A stretch of 64,000 bases of DNA, taken from NCBI GenBank assembly GCA_963753345.1, contig CAVWBU010000041.1, positions 96,001-160,000 on the forward strand, written 5' to 3'. Position numbers and translations under genes: made by a program. Positions within the stretch are counted from its first letter, which is position 1. Every line of letters starts with the position of its first letter. Origin of the DNA: an uncultured Fibrobacterota bacterium (lineage in GTDB: Bacteria > Fibrobacterota > Chitinivibrionia > Chitinivibrionales > FEN-1185). Under the pieces are notes generated by a model that ran no database searches, was not told the origin of the DNA, and saw nothing but the letters and a program-made list of their open reading frames with translations. This document shows, piece by piece, positions 42,480-54,583 of the stretch.

Positions 42480-42902
42480 ATGAAGAATATGCTGCTACCG
42501 GGCCTCGCGCTGATACTCTTTTTATCCTTTGCCGTTTTCGCCCAGAGTGATTCTTCCGCGTCGGCGGACAGCGTTTCAAAAATTCCGAAGGTCTGCAAAC
42601 TCGACAGCATCGCATTTGGAACAGGCGTTGAACAGCGCACGCCGCAGGGCGTTGCCAATGAATTCGGGCCCTCGCCTGCAAAGGTATTCTGCTGGACCAA
42701 AATTTCCATCAATGCCGCTCCCGTGAACATCAAGCATGTCTGGTACAATGGCGACGAGAAAGTGCTCGAGGTGCCGCTCAGGTTGCGGTACGCGTCCGGG
42801 CGCCTCTGGAGCTACAAGACGGTCACGCCGGGACAATGGAAGGTGGACGTGATCGGAGAGAACGGGGAGGTGATCGGGACGGGGAGTTTTTCGGCCAAGT
42901 AG
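42480..42902 (+). CDS. DUF2914-like exported protein
   Basis: RBS GGAGG, signal peptide, GVEQRTP.G...VFCWT...HVWY...RLWSYK..GQWKVDV. Confidence 0.75.
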   Translation: MKNMLLPGLALILFLSFAVFAQSDSSASADSVSKIPKVCKLDSIAFGTGVEQRTPQGVANEFGPSPAKVFCWTKISINAAPVNIKHVWYNGDEKVLEVPLRLRYASGRLWSYKTVTPGQWKVDVIGENGEVIGTGSFSAK

Positions 42903-43245
42903 GATGCGTCCCGATAACGTTGCGCTATCCGTCCGCAACGCCGTGGGTTTGTGCATCGGCGCCCGCGATGCCGTGACCAAACGAGGTATGGTATTCGCCG
43001 GAACATTCCCGCCCCGGCTACCGACAATGGCCAAAGCGTTCTTCGGCTCTTCTCTCCTGCCAACGGTTATCCGGCAAATCGCATACCTCTCAACAACCCA
43101 AGCAATAGCTTCCCCAACCGAATAGTATTTTCTTTTTTCATGAAGTGCATGAATTGTGATCTACGTCACATCCAGGTTTAGGGCTGCGTTTTATTTTTAT
43201 GCAAGTAACTATTTGTCATCTCACTTTTCCGGGAGATCGGGTATT

Positions 43246-46200
43246 ATGATTCTCAAAAGTCGTCTGTTCCATTCCGTTGTCGCATACGCCGCCCTTGCCC
43301 TGCTCACCTGCACCAGCCAGGAAAACCCATTCAAGCCGCAGGACGCAAGAATCAATCTTGTCGTCGAGAACTCATCTCACCATATTGACACCCTCACCGT
43401 AACCGACACCGTTGGAAACCGGGTGCGGATCGGCATGAGCGCCTATCTTCCCTCTTACATCAGCCTTGTGACGGTCACCGTTACCAGGGGAACCACCGAA
43501 ACGGACACGACCACTACCTTTAACAACGCCTTCGCCTGGACCGATACCCAGTGGATCGATCTTGCCTTCAATTCCGCCGGCACGAAAACCGTAACGGTTG
43601 ATGTTTCCCTGCAAGGCGCTCCGAACAAAACATACACCGCGACCATCACCATTGTCGGCAAGACCGTCAATCACAAGCCATTGCTCAGTGTTTCCGGCGT
43701 GCGGAACATCGTGAGCGCCCAAGCCTGTTCCCTTTCGCTTTCCGCAACAGACCCGGATTCCGGCCAGACGCTTACCTATGCAATGATCAAGGGTCCGCAG
43801 GGTGCGACCCTCACCGGCACCGTTTTCAGGTGGACCGCTCCGGCAGCATTTACGGGCATAGACACGGTACTATTCACCGCCACCGACAACGGCACTCCGG
43901 CAATGTCCGACACGCAGAAGGTGATTATAACAGTCAGCTCGCAGATAATTGCACCTGCCCAGGTCCAGGGCGTTGTGACTGTATCAAAAGTTAACGGCTA
44001 TTTCGTCCTCTCGTGGAACAAGGTTTCCAACGCGGATTCGTATAACATATTCCGCTCTGCAGATACCGTTGCCGCAGACTTCCAGAAGGTCGGCAGCACA
44101 TCGGATTCGCTGTTTGGCGATTCCGTCAAGACAGGCAATTACTACTATTATGTGGTAACTGTCAACACAGCAGGAACATCTCCGGCGTCGGCGATGATCT
44201 TTTCCGGTTCGATTAAGACACCGCCGGTCATCATGGTGCCAACTGTCGACACCACGGTGTCCCAGGGCAAGACCCTCAGCTTCATCGTGACAATCATTGC
44301 TTCCGCTCAGGACACGGTAGTGCTGGGCGCAACGGATATTTCAGGCGCAAAACCGCCGGATTCCGCGACATTCACTCCGAAGACCGGACTTTTCACCTGG
44401 ACCCCCACGTTTGGTGAATTGGGATTGTATAGAATCGTTTTCACCGCAACCGACGGGAATCTGGTTGTCAAAGACACGGTGAAGATTACCGTAATCAAGA
44501 CCGACCGTCCTCCGGTGGTGCAGGCGCAATCGATAAACACGGGCACAAACCAGGCAATTACGGTTTCCCTGGTTGCAAGCGATCCGGACAACGATCCCAT
44601 CACGCAATGGCAGGTGACCCAGAAACCGTCCAATGGAACGGCGACGCTTGCCGACTCCACAAAAGGCAGCGTGGTGTACACGCCGAATGCCGGTTTTGCC
44701 GGCGTGGACACATTCGCGGTAAAGGCCTTCGACGGCACTTTGTGGAGCGCTGGCGTCGGCGAACGTGATTGTCACCGTAAGTTCGATCAAGGTTGCCCCA
44801 AAAATCCAAACGCAGCCCCGGCCGGACACTACCGTAAGTCAAGGAGGATCGGTCGCGTTCACCGTCGGGATAAACAACGCCTCTCCGACGCCCACGTTTA
44901 TCTGGTATCAGGGGACAAAGGGAAGCGGGACGGTAAAAGATTCAAGCACCAATCCGTTATACCAGAAGACAGGCGTGACCGCCGCAGACTCGGGAAATTA
45001 TTACGTGATTGTGGTGAATTCCTCCGGCGCCGATACGTCGGCATACGCGCACCTGAACGTGAATGTGCCGCCATCCGCGCCGACGCTGTCGTCGCCGGCA
45101 AATAGCGCAACGGGAATAGCCGTGAGTCCCACGCTGACGTGGAATGCCGTAACCGGCGCAGTCACCTACCGGGTCCAGGTTTCAACGGCATCCGATTTTT
45201 CAACCGGCATTGTTGTTGATGATTCAACATTGACGGCCGCGTCGAAAGCACTGAGCTCCCTTACCAACAGCACGCTGTACTTCTGGCGGGTGAATGCCAA
45301 GAATGCTGGCGGCTCAAGCGCATGGTCTACAGCCTTTAGCTTTACTACAATTGTCGCAGCGTCCGGAGTACCGGTACTTTCAGCACCTGCCAATGGCGCC
45401 ACCGGCATTGCGGTAAACCCGACGCTGACATGGGGCGCAGTGACCGGCGCCATCACCTACCGGGTCCAGGTTTCAACGGCATCCGACTTTTCAACCGGCA
45501 TTGTTGTTGATGATTCAACGTTGACAACAGCGTCGAAAGCCCTGAGCTCCCTTGCGAACAGCACGCTGTACTTCTGGCGGGTGAATGCAAAGAATTCGGG
45601 CGGAACGAGTGCATGGTCTACGGCATTTAGCTTTACTACAATTGTTGCTGCGCCTGCAGTGCCCGTGCTTTCGGCTCCGGTAAACAATGCCACCGGAGTT
45701 GCCGTAAATCAGACATTATCGTGGGCCGCCGTGAGCGGCGCCGCCACCTACCGGGTCCAGGTTTCAACCGCATCCGACTTTTCAACCGGCATTGTTGTTG
45801 ATGATTCAACCTTGACGGCCGCATCAAAAGCCCTGAACTCCCTCACGAATAGCACCGTGTACTACTGGCGCGTGAATGCCAAGAATGCCGGCGGAACGAG
45901 CGCATGGTCTACGGCATTTTCATTTACCACTGTTGTTGCAGTATCCGGTGTGCCTGTTAATATGAACCCGGCCAACAGCGCCACCGGGGTGGCGGTAAAT
46001 CCGACCCTTACGTGGAGCGCCGTGACGGGCGCGGTCACCTACCGGGTCCAGGTTTCAACAGCATCCGATTTCTCAACCGGAATTGTTGTTGATGATTCCA
46101 CGTTGACAACAGCGTCGAAAGCCCTGAGCTCCCTCGCGAATAGCACCGTGTACTACTGGCATGTGAATGCCAAGAATGCCGGCGGAACGAGCGCATGGTC

Positions 46201-47849
46201 AACGGCGTCCAGCTTTACCACAATTGTCGCTCCGCCGGGAGTGCCTGTACTTTCGGCCCCGGCAAATAATGCGACAGGTATTACAGTGAGTCCGACATTG
46301 ACATGGAATGCCGTGACCGGCGCGGCCACCTACCGGGTCCAGGTTTCAACCGCGTCCGATTTCTCAACCGGCATTGTTGTTGATGATTCCACGTTGACGG
46401 CCGCGTCAAAGGCCGTCGGCACGCTGTCCAATGCAACGAAATATTATTGGCGTGTCAATGCAAAGAACGCGGGCGGCACAAGTTCATGGGCTTCTTCCAG
46501 TTTTACGACAATCGTGAAATTCGCCCTTTCAATAACGGCAACAAACGGGACCGTGACGCCAAACCCCGCCGGGTCTCCGTATGATTCGGGAACGGCCGTA
46601 TCACTGACGCCGGCTTCGGCCACCGGTTATCAGTTCACGGGGTGGAGCGGTGATTTGACCGGCACGGCAAACCCGGGATCAATTACGATGAACAGCGCAA
46701 AGAGTATAACCGCAAATTTTGCGAAAATCACCTATCAGCTAACGGTAAGCCCTGGAGCCGGCGGGTCAATCACAGCGCCTTCGACGCCGACGGTGACCGT
46801 AAATTATGGCGATCAGACAACCATTACGGCGACACCGAGCACGGGGTATAAGTTTGTGAACTGGACCGTCACTGCGGGAACAGGGGCAACAATTGCCAGT
46901 CCGACGTCCGCATCAACCACGGTATCCCTTACCTCAGGGCCTGCAACGGTGACGGCGAATTTCCAGGCATTGGCGTGTTCGTGGACAGGGGTGAACGATT
47001 TTAGCATTACACATAATACGCCCTTTTCAATTGCCACTTGCGGGGACACGGTGGATGTGGGACTCCAGAAAAATGGAGTTTCTCAATCACGGATAATGGA
47101 ACAACGTGGCCGGCTAATGGAGGAGCTTTTGGACCGCGCTCATTCTATGTAATTGCTCTTTCCCAGTATGGAAATCTTACTCTTGCAGGAACAGATGGCT
47201 TAACTACCCTCCAGGAGGCATTTATTCTACAACAGACAATGGAAACAATGGGAACATTGGAATCCGATACCTTCGTAGTCCTGCTCGTCAACACATTTTA
47301 CAATAATGGATACCATTTATGCAGGGACCAGCATTGGTATCCTTTTTTCCACCGTAACGGGCAAGACTGGGCTATCGGAACAAGCTTCCACCACTTTGAC
47401 GGGAAGTGTAAGCGCCATCATGGTTGTCGGTACGGGTATTTACGCAACGTCAAATGGAACACTCTATTATCGTCTGCTTAGTGGATATACATGGTCATCT
47501 GTCTCAGGCGCACCAAGCGGTATTATATCATTGTTCATGTGTGGAGGTACGCTGTTTGCCGGGACAAACTCAGGCATTTACATGCACGACAATAGCACCG
47601 GCAACTGGATCGCTGCAGCAAATTCCGGGCTCGCCACCGGCGTGTTAGTTATGCCGTAAGCGGAAACGAAATTTTTGCCGGAACTGGTCAAATGGAGTAT
47701 TCTGTCTCAACTGACAATGGTGCACATTGGATTGCGGTAAATGGAGGACTGCCGTCCGGCGGATCAACGGCGCGGCCGGAATTGCGTCAAACAGCAAATC
47801 GGTCTTTATAATTTCAGACCAGGCTGTCTACGAATCGCCGCTTCCATAA
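43246..47849 (+). CDS. Large surface lipoprotein/adhesin: cadherin/Ig, FN3 repeats, InlB-B-like repeats, C-terminal beta-propeller-like region (several frameshifts)
   Basis: Lipobox-like LLTC; ATDPD..LTY; five FN3-like repeats; GYQFTGWSGD; fragments 43246..45105, 44765..47152, 47038..47481, 47306..47659. Confidence 0.7.
45068..46515 (+). repeat. Five intragenic 291-bp tandem repeats (97-aa FN3-like units)
   Basis: TACCGGGTCCAGGTTTCAAC recurs at 45167, 45458, 45749, 46040 and 46331. Confidence 0.9.
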
Positions 47850-47934
47850 AGAGAAGGCCGAGAAACCGATGCAATTTCTCCAATTGTGGATTAGCGCCCC
47901 GAATACCTCAACTTTTGCGGTATGAAACAATAAA

Positions 47935-47976
47935 GAAAATCCCCGATTCTCTTCACGAGAACCGGGGATTTTTTTT
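47935..47976. terminator. Bidirectional terminator between adhesin and glucanase array
   Basis: AAAATCCCCGATTCTC-loop-GAGAACCGGGGATTTTTTTT. Confidence 0.8.
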
Positions 47977-48024
47977 ACAAATCTTCAAACTACATCCGGT
48001 CTTTTTTCTCCGACGCTCGCAGCC

Positions 48025-49550
48025 TCAATACCCTACCGCAAGCTCCAGCCACGAAACACTGCCATGCTCTATATATGAAGACCAATTCGCATAATCATCG
48101 TACGGAAATCCGTAACATTTTCTGTCAAATGCACGCCTGTGCAAAAAATATGAATAGAAATTGCATGGGGTAGCTTTATAATGATAGTTCCAATCCGCCT
48201 GTTGTGCGGTTGTCAACCCGATCACATGCCTGTTGCGAGGCGGCGGAAGGCTGCGGTCCAAGATCAGCATTATATGGGTTGGCCCATAACTGCCCCAGTA
48301 ATTGACATATGTTCCGCCAGCGCCGAATCCGCCGGAGTTGTGTCTCCGCCGGGATTGGGGATCCGGTACGGGGCCTTGACTGTTGCAAGGTGCGTAAATT
48401 CCCCGGGCACCTCATTCTTAAATTCATCAAAAAACGACTGGCGCGTCTGGTAATAGACATGAGGGACTTCACCGCGACAGGTGTCAAAACCATCCGTGCA
48501 GTGCAGCCGGTATGCGATCGGAATCCGAAGGCGTCGACACGTGTGGTATTGCCATGAAACCATAGTCCGCGCCGACCGTTTGTATGCTCTTCAAAATCCC
48601 AAACATGGTTCGAGTCCTGGCCGGTAACCGCCGGAGGTCGCCGGCTTATACCCAACCATTATGTAAAGCCTGCCCGACGCACTGGTAGTGAAATCAACCG
48701 TATTTTGATCGCTGAGCCGAAATGGAACACCGCCATCCCCTATGGCCAAGTAAATCATGCTGTCCGGAATCAGGCCATTCGTCCTGTTGATGACCGTATA
48801 CCAAATTGTCCGGCCTCCTTCTTCACATGGGCCGTGTCCCAGAACGCGTCGGTGTCGCCGTTGAAGGTGTGATTTTTTGTCAACACGAAATCGAATTTGC
48901 CCTGCCAGCGTCTGTATCGGCGTTACGCCGAGCGTATAGCCGGGCTCGGTGGCATGCAGCGTGTCCACCACGGCCGCGAGTTTTTCCAACCGGGTCTGGA
49001 ATTCGGGCGCGTTTTGAACAACAGCGCCTGCCGAACGGCGCGACGCGGCTGGAGCATCAAAACGGGCGAACGCCGTTGATGGTCACGCGGAGCATATAGA
49101 ACTGGGACGAAATGCCGCGCGTGTCAACCGACACCGGAATAATTGCCCTTGGACAGGGGTCTGTTCATCACGTCTCCCTACAAACCGGCCTGCAGATCGT
49201 ACATGCCCATTTTCACCTGAGCATTGTCCTGCGGCAGGCTGAAAAGCACTTGCCCGCCAATATATATCGGCTTCGAAAAGGCATCAGCCCTCATCATTTT
49301 GTCCTCTGTGTAAACGTTGAACGTTACAGTCCCCGTTCCCAGCTTGTACTGACCGTTGGCATCGGTTGTGGTATAGTATGGGTCATTGCCCCAAGCATCG
49401 CTAAATCTTGTCTGGCCCAGTCTGACCAGAGTGTTGGTCAAAGGTTTGCCGTTCTCGATCCGTGACTTTTCCGCAGAGGTTGACAGTCTGGGAAAAAACC
49501 GTTCCGGCAAGAAACGCCACTACCAGAAAACTAAAAGCTGCTTTTTTCAT
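48025..49550 (-). CDS. GH64-like beta-1,3-glucanase paralogue 4 (many indels)
   Basis: Fragments: MKKAAFS.., KPLTNTLVRLGQ, EKLAAVVDTLHATEPGY, WDFEEH..HGNTTRVDAFG, YGFPYDD..SSY. Confidence 0.75.
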
Positions 49551-49638
49551 TTCTCTCCCCCTTTTTTTTAAAGTAAAGAGGCTGCCTCACACTTTAAAGA
49601 AATATAAAGCAGCCCCCTAGAGTACTAATTAAAAAATT

Positions 49639-51172
49639 CTAATATCCTACAGCAAGGATAAGCCACGACACATTGCCATGCTCTATATACGACGACCAAT
49701 TATTGTAATCATCGAACGGAAAAGCATAACATTTGCTGTCATATGCGCGGCGATGCAAAAAATTCGCATAAAAATCACATGGCGTGGCCTTGTAGAAGTT
49801 ATTTCCATCGGCCTGCTGAGCTGTTGTCATTTCAAGAACATGTCTATGAGCATTACCTTCGGTTTTGGGCCCACCAAGATTACTCAAATATCCTGGATTT
49901 ACAGGAGCGCCGAAAGCTTGCAGGTATTTATCGGAGTAGTGTGCATATGTTCCGTTGGATGCCAACGCTGTGCCGGGATAGCCGGGATGCGGAATCTTCA
50001 TGAGAGTGCTAAGTTGGGCAAGGTCGGTAAATTCCTGAGGTACTTCATTCATAAACTCATCGAAAAACGACTGGCGCGACTGGTAAAGACATGAGGGAAT
50101 TCACCGCGGCAGGTATCAAAGCCATCCGTGCAATGCAACCGGTATGCTATGGGAGTACCAAAAGCGTCTACACGGGTGGTATTGCCATGAAACCAGCCGC
50201 CGCCGTTCGTGTGCTCTTCGAAATCCCAAACCTGGTTCGCCGGCCTGTAGCCCGGTGGTAGCCGGCTTGTACCCAACCATTATGTAAAGCCTGCCCGATG
50301 CGCTGGTCGCTGAAATCAACCGTATTTTGATCGCTCAGCCGAAACGGAACACCGCCATCCCCTATTGCCAGGTAAATCATGCTGTCCGGAAACTGGCCAT
50401 TCGTCCTGTTGAGAACCGTGTACCAAAAGTGTCCGGCCTGTTTCTTTACATTGGCCGTATCCCAGAACGCGTCGGTGTCGCCATTGAAGGTGTGATTCTT
50501 TGTCAACGTAAAATCGACCTGTCCCGCCAGCGTCTGAATCGTCGTCACGCCGAGCGTATAGCCGGGTTCAGTGGCATGCAGCGTGTCGACCACAGCCGCG
50601 AGCTTTTCCAGGCGCGCCTGGAATTCGGAAGCGTTCCGGGAGACAGAGGCGGTTGCACCGCGCGCCTGCGGCTGCAGAAGCATCGCGGTGGATGTGCCGT
50701 TTATGCTTACGCGGAGCATGTAGAACTGGGACGAAATGCCGCGCGTGTCAATCGATGCGGAGTAATTTCCGGTTGACTTGGTGCAGTTCAACACATTTTC
50801 CACGAACCGTCCTGCAAGGTCGTAGAGGCTCATCTTCACCGACGCGTTGTCCTGAGGCACGCTAAACAGCACTTTTCCGCCGACATACATCGGCTTCGAA
50901 AACGCATCCCCGCTCAGCAGCGTGCTCTGCGGGATGACGTTTACGGTACACGTCCCCGATCCCAACTGGTAATGGCCGTTGGCGTCGGTCGTGGTGTAGT
51001 ACGGTTCATTGCCGTACGCATCGGTAAACCTTGTCTGGCCCAGCCTGACCAGCGTGTTGGTCAAAGGCTTTCCGCCCTGATCAGTTACGATTCCGCAGAG
51101 GTTGACGGTCTGGGAAAACACTGATCCGGCGACAAACGCCAGCAGCAGACCTGCCAATGATACTTTTCGCAT
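49639..51172 (-). CDS. GH64-like beta-1,3-glucanase paralogue 3 (about three indels)
   Basis: MRKVSL signal; WDFEEH..HGNTTRVDAFGTP; YAFPFDD..SSY..LAVGY. Confidence 0.8.
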
Positions 51173-51285
51173 TTCTCCCTCCCCTTTTTTAGTGATAGGA
51201 ACTTTCGAAAAACAGGAAAAGGTTGTCGCGTCTTTCCAAAAAGGAAAAACGCGGCAACCCGGTATTGTTCGATGAAAAAGGACCC

Positions 51286-52854
51286 TTACCAGCCTATTGC
51301 AATGGCAAACCACTGGACGCCGCTGACGCCGCCCACAATTCCCGAGTACTTGTTACAATCGTCATCATAGGGGAATCCATATTCCATACCTTGCTCGGAC
51401 CGCAAATGGACCCACTTGGAAAAGTAGTTGCAGGGGGCATCCTGGTAAAACTTTGATGAGTCACACCATTGTGTCGATGCAAGAGTGCCGACATGCCTGT
51501 TCATGTTGCCGCCCCAGGTTGCGCTGTTGCCATAAGGCCCTGCACACGCAAAAATGTTCCAAGCGGTCGTTTTGGCAGGCACACCCGTATTATGAGCAAT
51601 ACACGAGTCCTGATAACGGTCGAAATAGCTCACGTAAGGCCCACCAGTGTTAAAAAGGGTGGGGCCTGTCCGTTCTATCATGTGGGGCGCATAAATATTG
51701 GCGAAGTCTGCCGTGGCGAGCTTCGTGAATTCCTTTGGCACCTCGTTTATAAACTCGTCAAACTTCGCTTTGCGCGGTTGGAAAAACATCTCGTACAGGT
51801 CACCGCGATCCGTATTTTTGCCTGTGGCAAAATGGATTCTAAACATTATCGGTAGTCTCCATCCGTCTACCCGGGTTAGGTTGTTGCCGTTAATAGTTCC
51901 GTCCCCGACGGCTTCTTCGACCCACTCCATGTATCTTGAGTTGGAGTCGTTGGGGGCGATAAAGATGTAGAATCTCCCTCCGCCGCTAACCGTGACGGTG
52001 CGCTGTTTGTCAAGCCTGGTTTTTGCTCCATTTTGGCTTAGGGCCCAATAGATCTGGCTGTCCGGCCAGACGCCGTTGGTCCTGTTCAGGACAACGTAGG
52101 TAACTCCTCCAGTCGCCACCGGGTACCCGCTCCCCCAGAAGGCATTCGTGTCGCCGTTCCACGTGGTATTCTTTGTCAATTTGAAATCGAATTGTCCGGA
52201 CAGCGCGGTTATCGGCGTGTCCGCGATGGCGTAGCCCGGCATAGTTGCACGAATGGTGTCCACCACTGCGGCAAGCTTCTCAAGCCGGGTCTGGAATTCG
52301 GGAGTATTCTCTACAACCGCACCACCTGCGTTGTGCATGGCTGGCTGCAACTTCAGTACGGTCGCCGCGCCGTTGATGGTTACGCGGAGCAGATAGAACT
52401 GCGAGGAAATGCCGCGCGTGTCCACCGACACCGAGTAATTGCCCTTTCCGAGGTTCCTGTTGAACACATCGCGCACAAACCTGCCTCCCATGTCGTACAG
52501 GCCCATTCTCACCAAGCCGCTACTCTGCGGCAGGCTGAACAGCACTTTCCCGCCCACGTACGCAGGCTTCGCAAATGCGTCGGCCCGCATGACCGTGGCC
52601 GGAATTATGGTATTTGTGATGCAGTTCCCCGTTCCCAATTGGTAATGTCCGGTTGCATCGGTTGATACTAGGTACGGCGCCTGGGCGTAATATCCATTGT
52701 CATACGTTGCCTGGCCCAACCTGACAACGGCATTGATGATCGGCTTTCCTGTCGCCCCATCAGTGACCAATCCGCAAAGGCCAACCGCCGCCTGTGCAAA
52801 AGCAAAACCAGTACAAACCGCCACCATCAAACACATCACTGCTGCTTTTTTCAT
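51286..52854 (-). CDS. GH64-like beta-1,3-glucanase paralogue 2
   Basis: Intact ORF; NRTNG.WPDSQIYW, NLTRVDGWRLP, NRHV, YGFPYDD, IAIGW. Confidence 0.8.
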   Translation of the reverse strand: MKKAAVMCLMVAVCTGFAFAQAAVGLCGLVTDGATGKPIINAVVRLGQATYDNGYYAQAPYLVSTDATGHYQLGTGNCITNTIIPATVMRADAFAKPAYVGGKVLFSLPQSSGLVRMGLYDMGGRFVRDVFNRNLGKGNYSVSVDTRGISSQFYLLRVTINGAATVLKLQPAMHNAGGAVVENTPEFQTRLEKLAAVVDTIRATMPGYAIADTPITALSGQFDFKLTKNTTWNGDTNAFWGSGYPVATGGVTYVVLNRTNGVWPDSQIYWALSQNGAKTRLDKQRTVTVSGGGRFYIFIAPNDSNSRYMEWVEEAVGDGTINGNNLTRVDGWRLPIMFRIHFATGKNTDRGDLYEMFFQPRKAKFDEFINEVPKEFTKLATADFANIYAPHMIERTGPTLFNTGGPYVSYFDRYQDSCIAHNTGVPAKTTAWNIFACAGPYGNSATWGGNMNRHVGTLASTQWCDSSKFYQDAPCNYFSKWVHLRSEQGMEYGFPYDDDCNKYSGIVGGVSGVQWFAIAIGW

Positions 52855-52973
52855 TTTCACCTTTCCCCCTTTTTGGTTTTTTAAAACTTCAGGCCAGCCG
52901 CAAGAGGCTGCCTCGCACTGCCGGTTCTCCGGGAAAGCGAGGTAACCTCGTTATTTCCGAACGCTTGATCCGC

Positions 52974-54527
52974 TTACCACCCTATAGCGATGGCCAACCA
53001 TTGGATATTGGATTGGCCCAAATACGCAGCATGGCCGCCGTCGTCGTCGTAAGGAAATCCGTAGCATTTGTTGTACAACGACCTGCGGTGGCACCAATAT
53101 GAAAAATAGTTGCACGGCGGCGCCTTGTAGTAGTTAGTGTCGTTGTACCAGTTCGCATTATTCGTGCCTTTCGGAAGCGTTCCGACGTGCCTGTTGACGG
53201 CGGCGGAATAATCAGGCGAGGCGCCCATTCCCGGCCCCGCACAGGCAAAAATGTTTACGGTAGACGATACGGCTTGCCCCGGGTTATCGGCGACAACCGA
53301 ATCCTCATACTTGGTGAAGTAATCCACATAGGGGCCGCCAGTGCCGAAAATGTTGACAGGCGAAGTATGGGGCGCCCAGATGTTGGCAAAATCATGGGTG
53401 GCAAGGCCGGTAAATTCCTTCGGCACCTCGTTCTTGAACTCGTCAAACTTTGCCTGGCGTGATTGATAGAATATTTCATAGGCATCGCCGAGTGCATTAT
53501 CCTGACCGTTAGAGCTATGAACCCGGAAGGTTATCGGGAGCCTCCACCCATCCACCCGGGTGGTATTACCAGCCCACGTACCGTTGTAATTGATTTCGAC
53601 GAAATCAAAATATCTGTTTCCAGAATCATTGGGAGCAACCCAAATGTAGAATCTTCCATTGCCGTTGGGGATCTGTAGCGTGGGGTTCGTGGCAATGGAG
53701 GTTTTTGCTCCGTTCTGCTGAATGCTCCAGAAAATCTTGCTGTCCGGGAACGCGCCGTTGGTCCTGTTCAGGATCACGTACGAGGCATTCGTCGGATAGG
53801 TGCTCGTGTTCCCCCAGAAGGCGGCCGTATCGCCGTTATACGTGGTGGTCTTTGTCAGTGTGAAGTCGTACTCCCCCGACAACGCCTGTATCGGCGTCAC
53901 GCCGATCGAGTAGAAAGGCTGGGTTGCATGCAGTGTGTCCACCACGGCCGCGAATTTTTCCAGCTTGGTCTGGAATGCGGGAACGTTTTGAGCAACGTTT
54001 ACGCCTTGAACGCGGGAAAGCGGCTGAAGCTTGAAAACGGATGACACGCCGTTGACGGTGAGGCGCAGCAGATAGAACTGGGACGAAAAAGTGCGGGTAT
54101 CTATCCGCACCCCGTAATTGCCCTTTGACAAACGACTGTTCATGATCTCTTTGACAAACCGTCCGGCCAGGTCATAGACGCCCATTTTCACCTGAAAATT
54201 GTCCTGCGGCAGACTGAAAAGGACCTGCCCGCCGATATAGCACGGCATCGAAAACGCACTTGATCTCACCACTCCATCTTCTTTAAAAACAGGAGTGCAA
54301 CCTCCACCCAGTCCCAGTAGGTAATACCCTAAACTGTTGGTTTTGGTGATGATCGCATTTTGCCCAAAACCGTTATCATAGGTCGTCTGGCCCAACCTTA
54401 CTATCGTGTTGGTCAGGGGGACTCCCTTATCGTCCTTGACATAACCGCAGATACTCACCGTCGTCTGGGAAAAAATAGACCCCGCGAACAACCCCACCAT
54501 CAAACACATCACTGCTGCTCTTTTCAT
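52974..54527 (-). CDS. GH64-like beta-1,3-glucanase paralogue 1
   Basis: Intact from MKRAAV (RBS GGAGG); YFDFVE, GNTTRVDGWRLP, SAAVNRHV, YGFPYDDDGG, IAIGW. Confidence 0.85.
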   Translation of the reverse strand: MKRAAVMCLMVGLFAGSIFSQTTVSICGYVKDDKGVPLTNTIVRLGQTTYDNGFGQNAIITKTNSLGYYLLGLGGGCTPVFKEDGVVRSSAFSMPCYIGGQVLFSLPQDNFQVKMGVYDLAGRFVKEIMNSRLSKGNYGVRIDTRTFSSQFYLLRLTVNGVSSVFKLQPLSRVQGVNVAQNVPAFQTKLEKFAAVVDTLHATQPFYSIGVTPIQALSGEYDFTLTKTTTYNGDTAAFWGNTSTYPTNASYVILNRTNGAFPDSKIFWSIQQNGAKTSIATNPTLQIPNGNGRFYIWVAPNDSGNRYFDFVEINYNGTWAGNTTRVDGWRLPITFRVHSSNGQDNALGDAYEIFYQSRQAKFDEFKNEVPKEFTGLATHDFANIWAPHTSPVNIFGTGGPYVDYFTKYEDSVVADNPGQAVSSTVNIFACAGPGMGASPDYSAAVNRHVGTLPKGTNNANWYNDTNYYKAPPCNYFSYWCHRRSLYNKCYGFPYDDDGGHAAYLGQSNIQWLAIAIGW

Positions 54528-54583
54528 TTTTATCCTCCCCCTTCTGATTGAGATGAACAAAACTCTTTGCCAATGTGAATCCG

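Noticed and set aside
45068-46515. Possible CRISPR-like array
   Set aside because: The period is 291 bp, in frame and protein-coding; no unique spacers and no cas genes.
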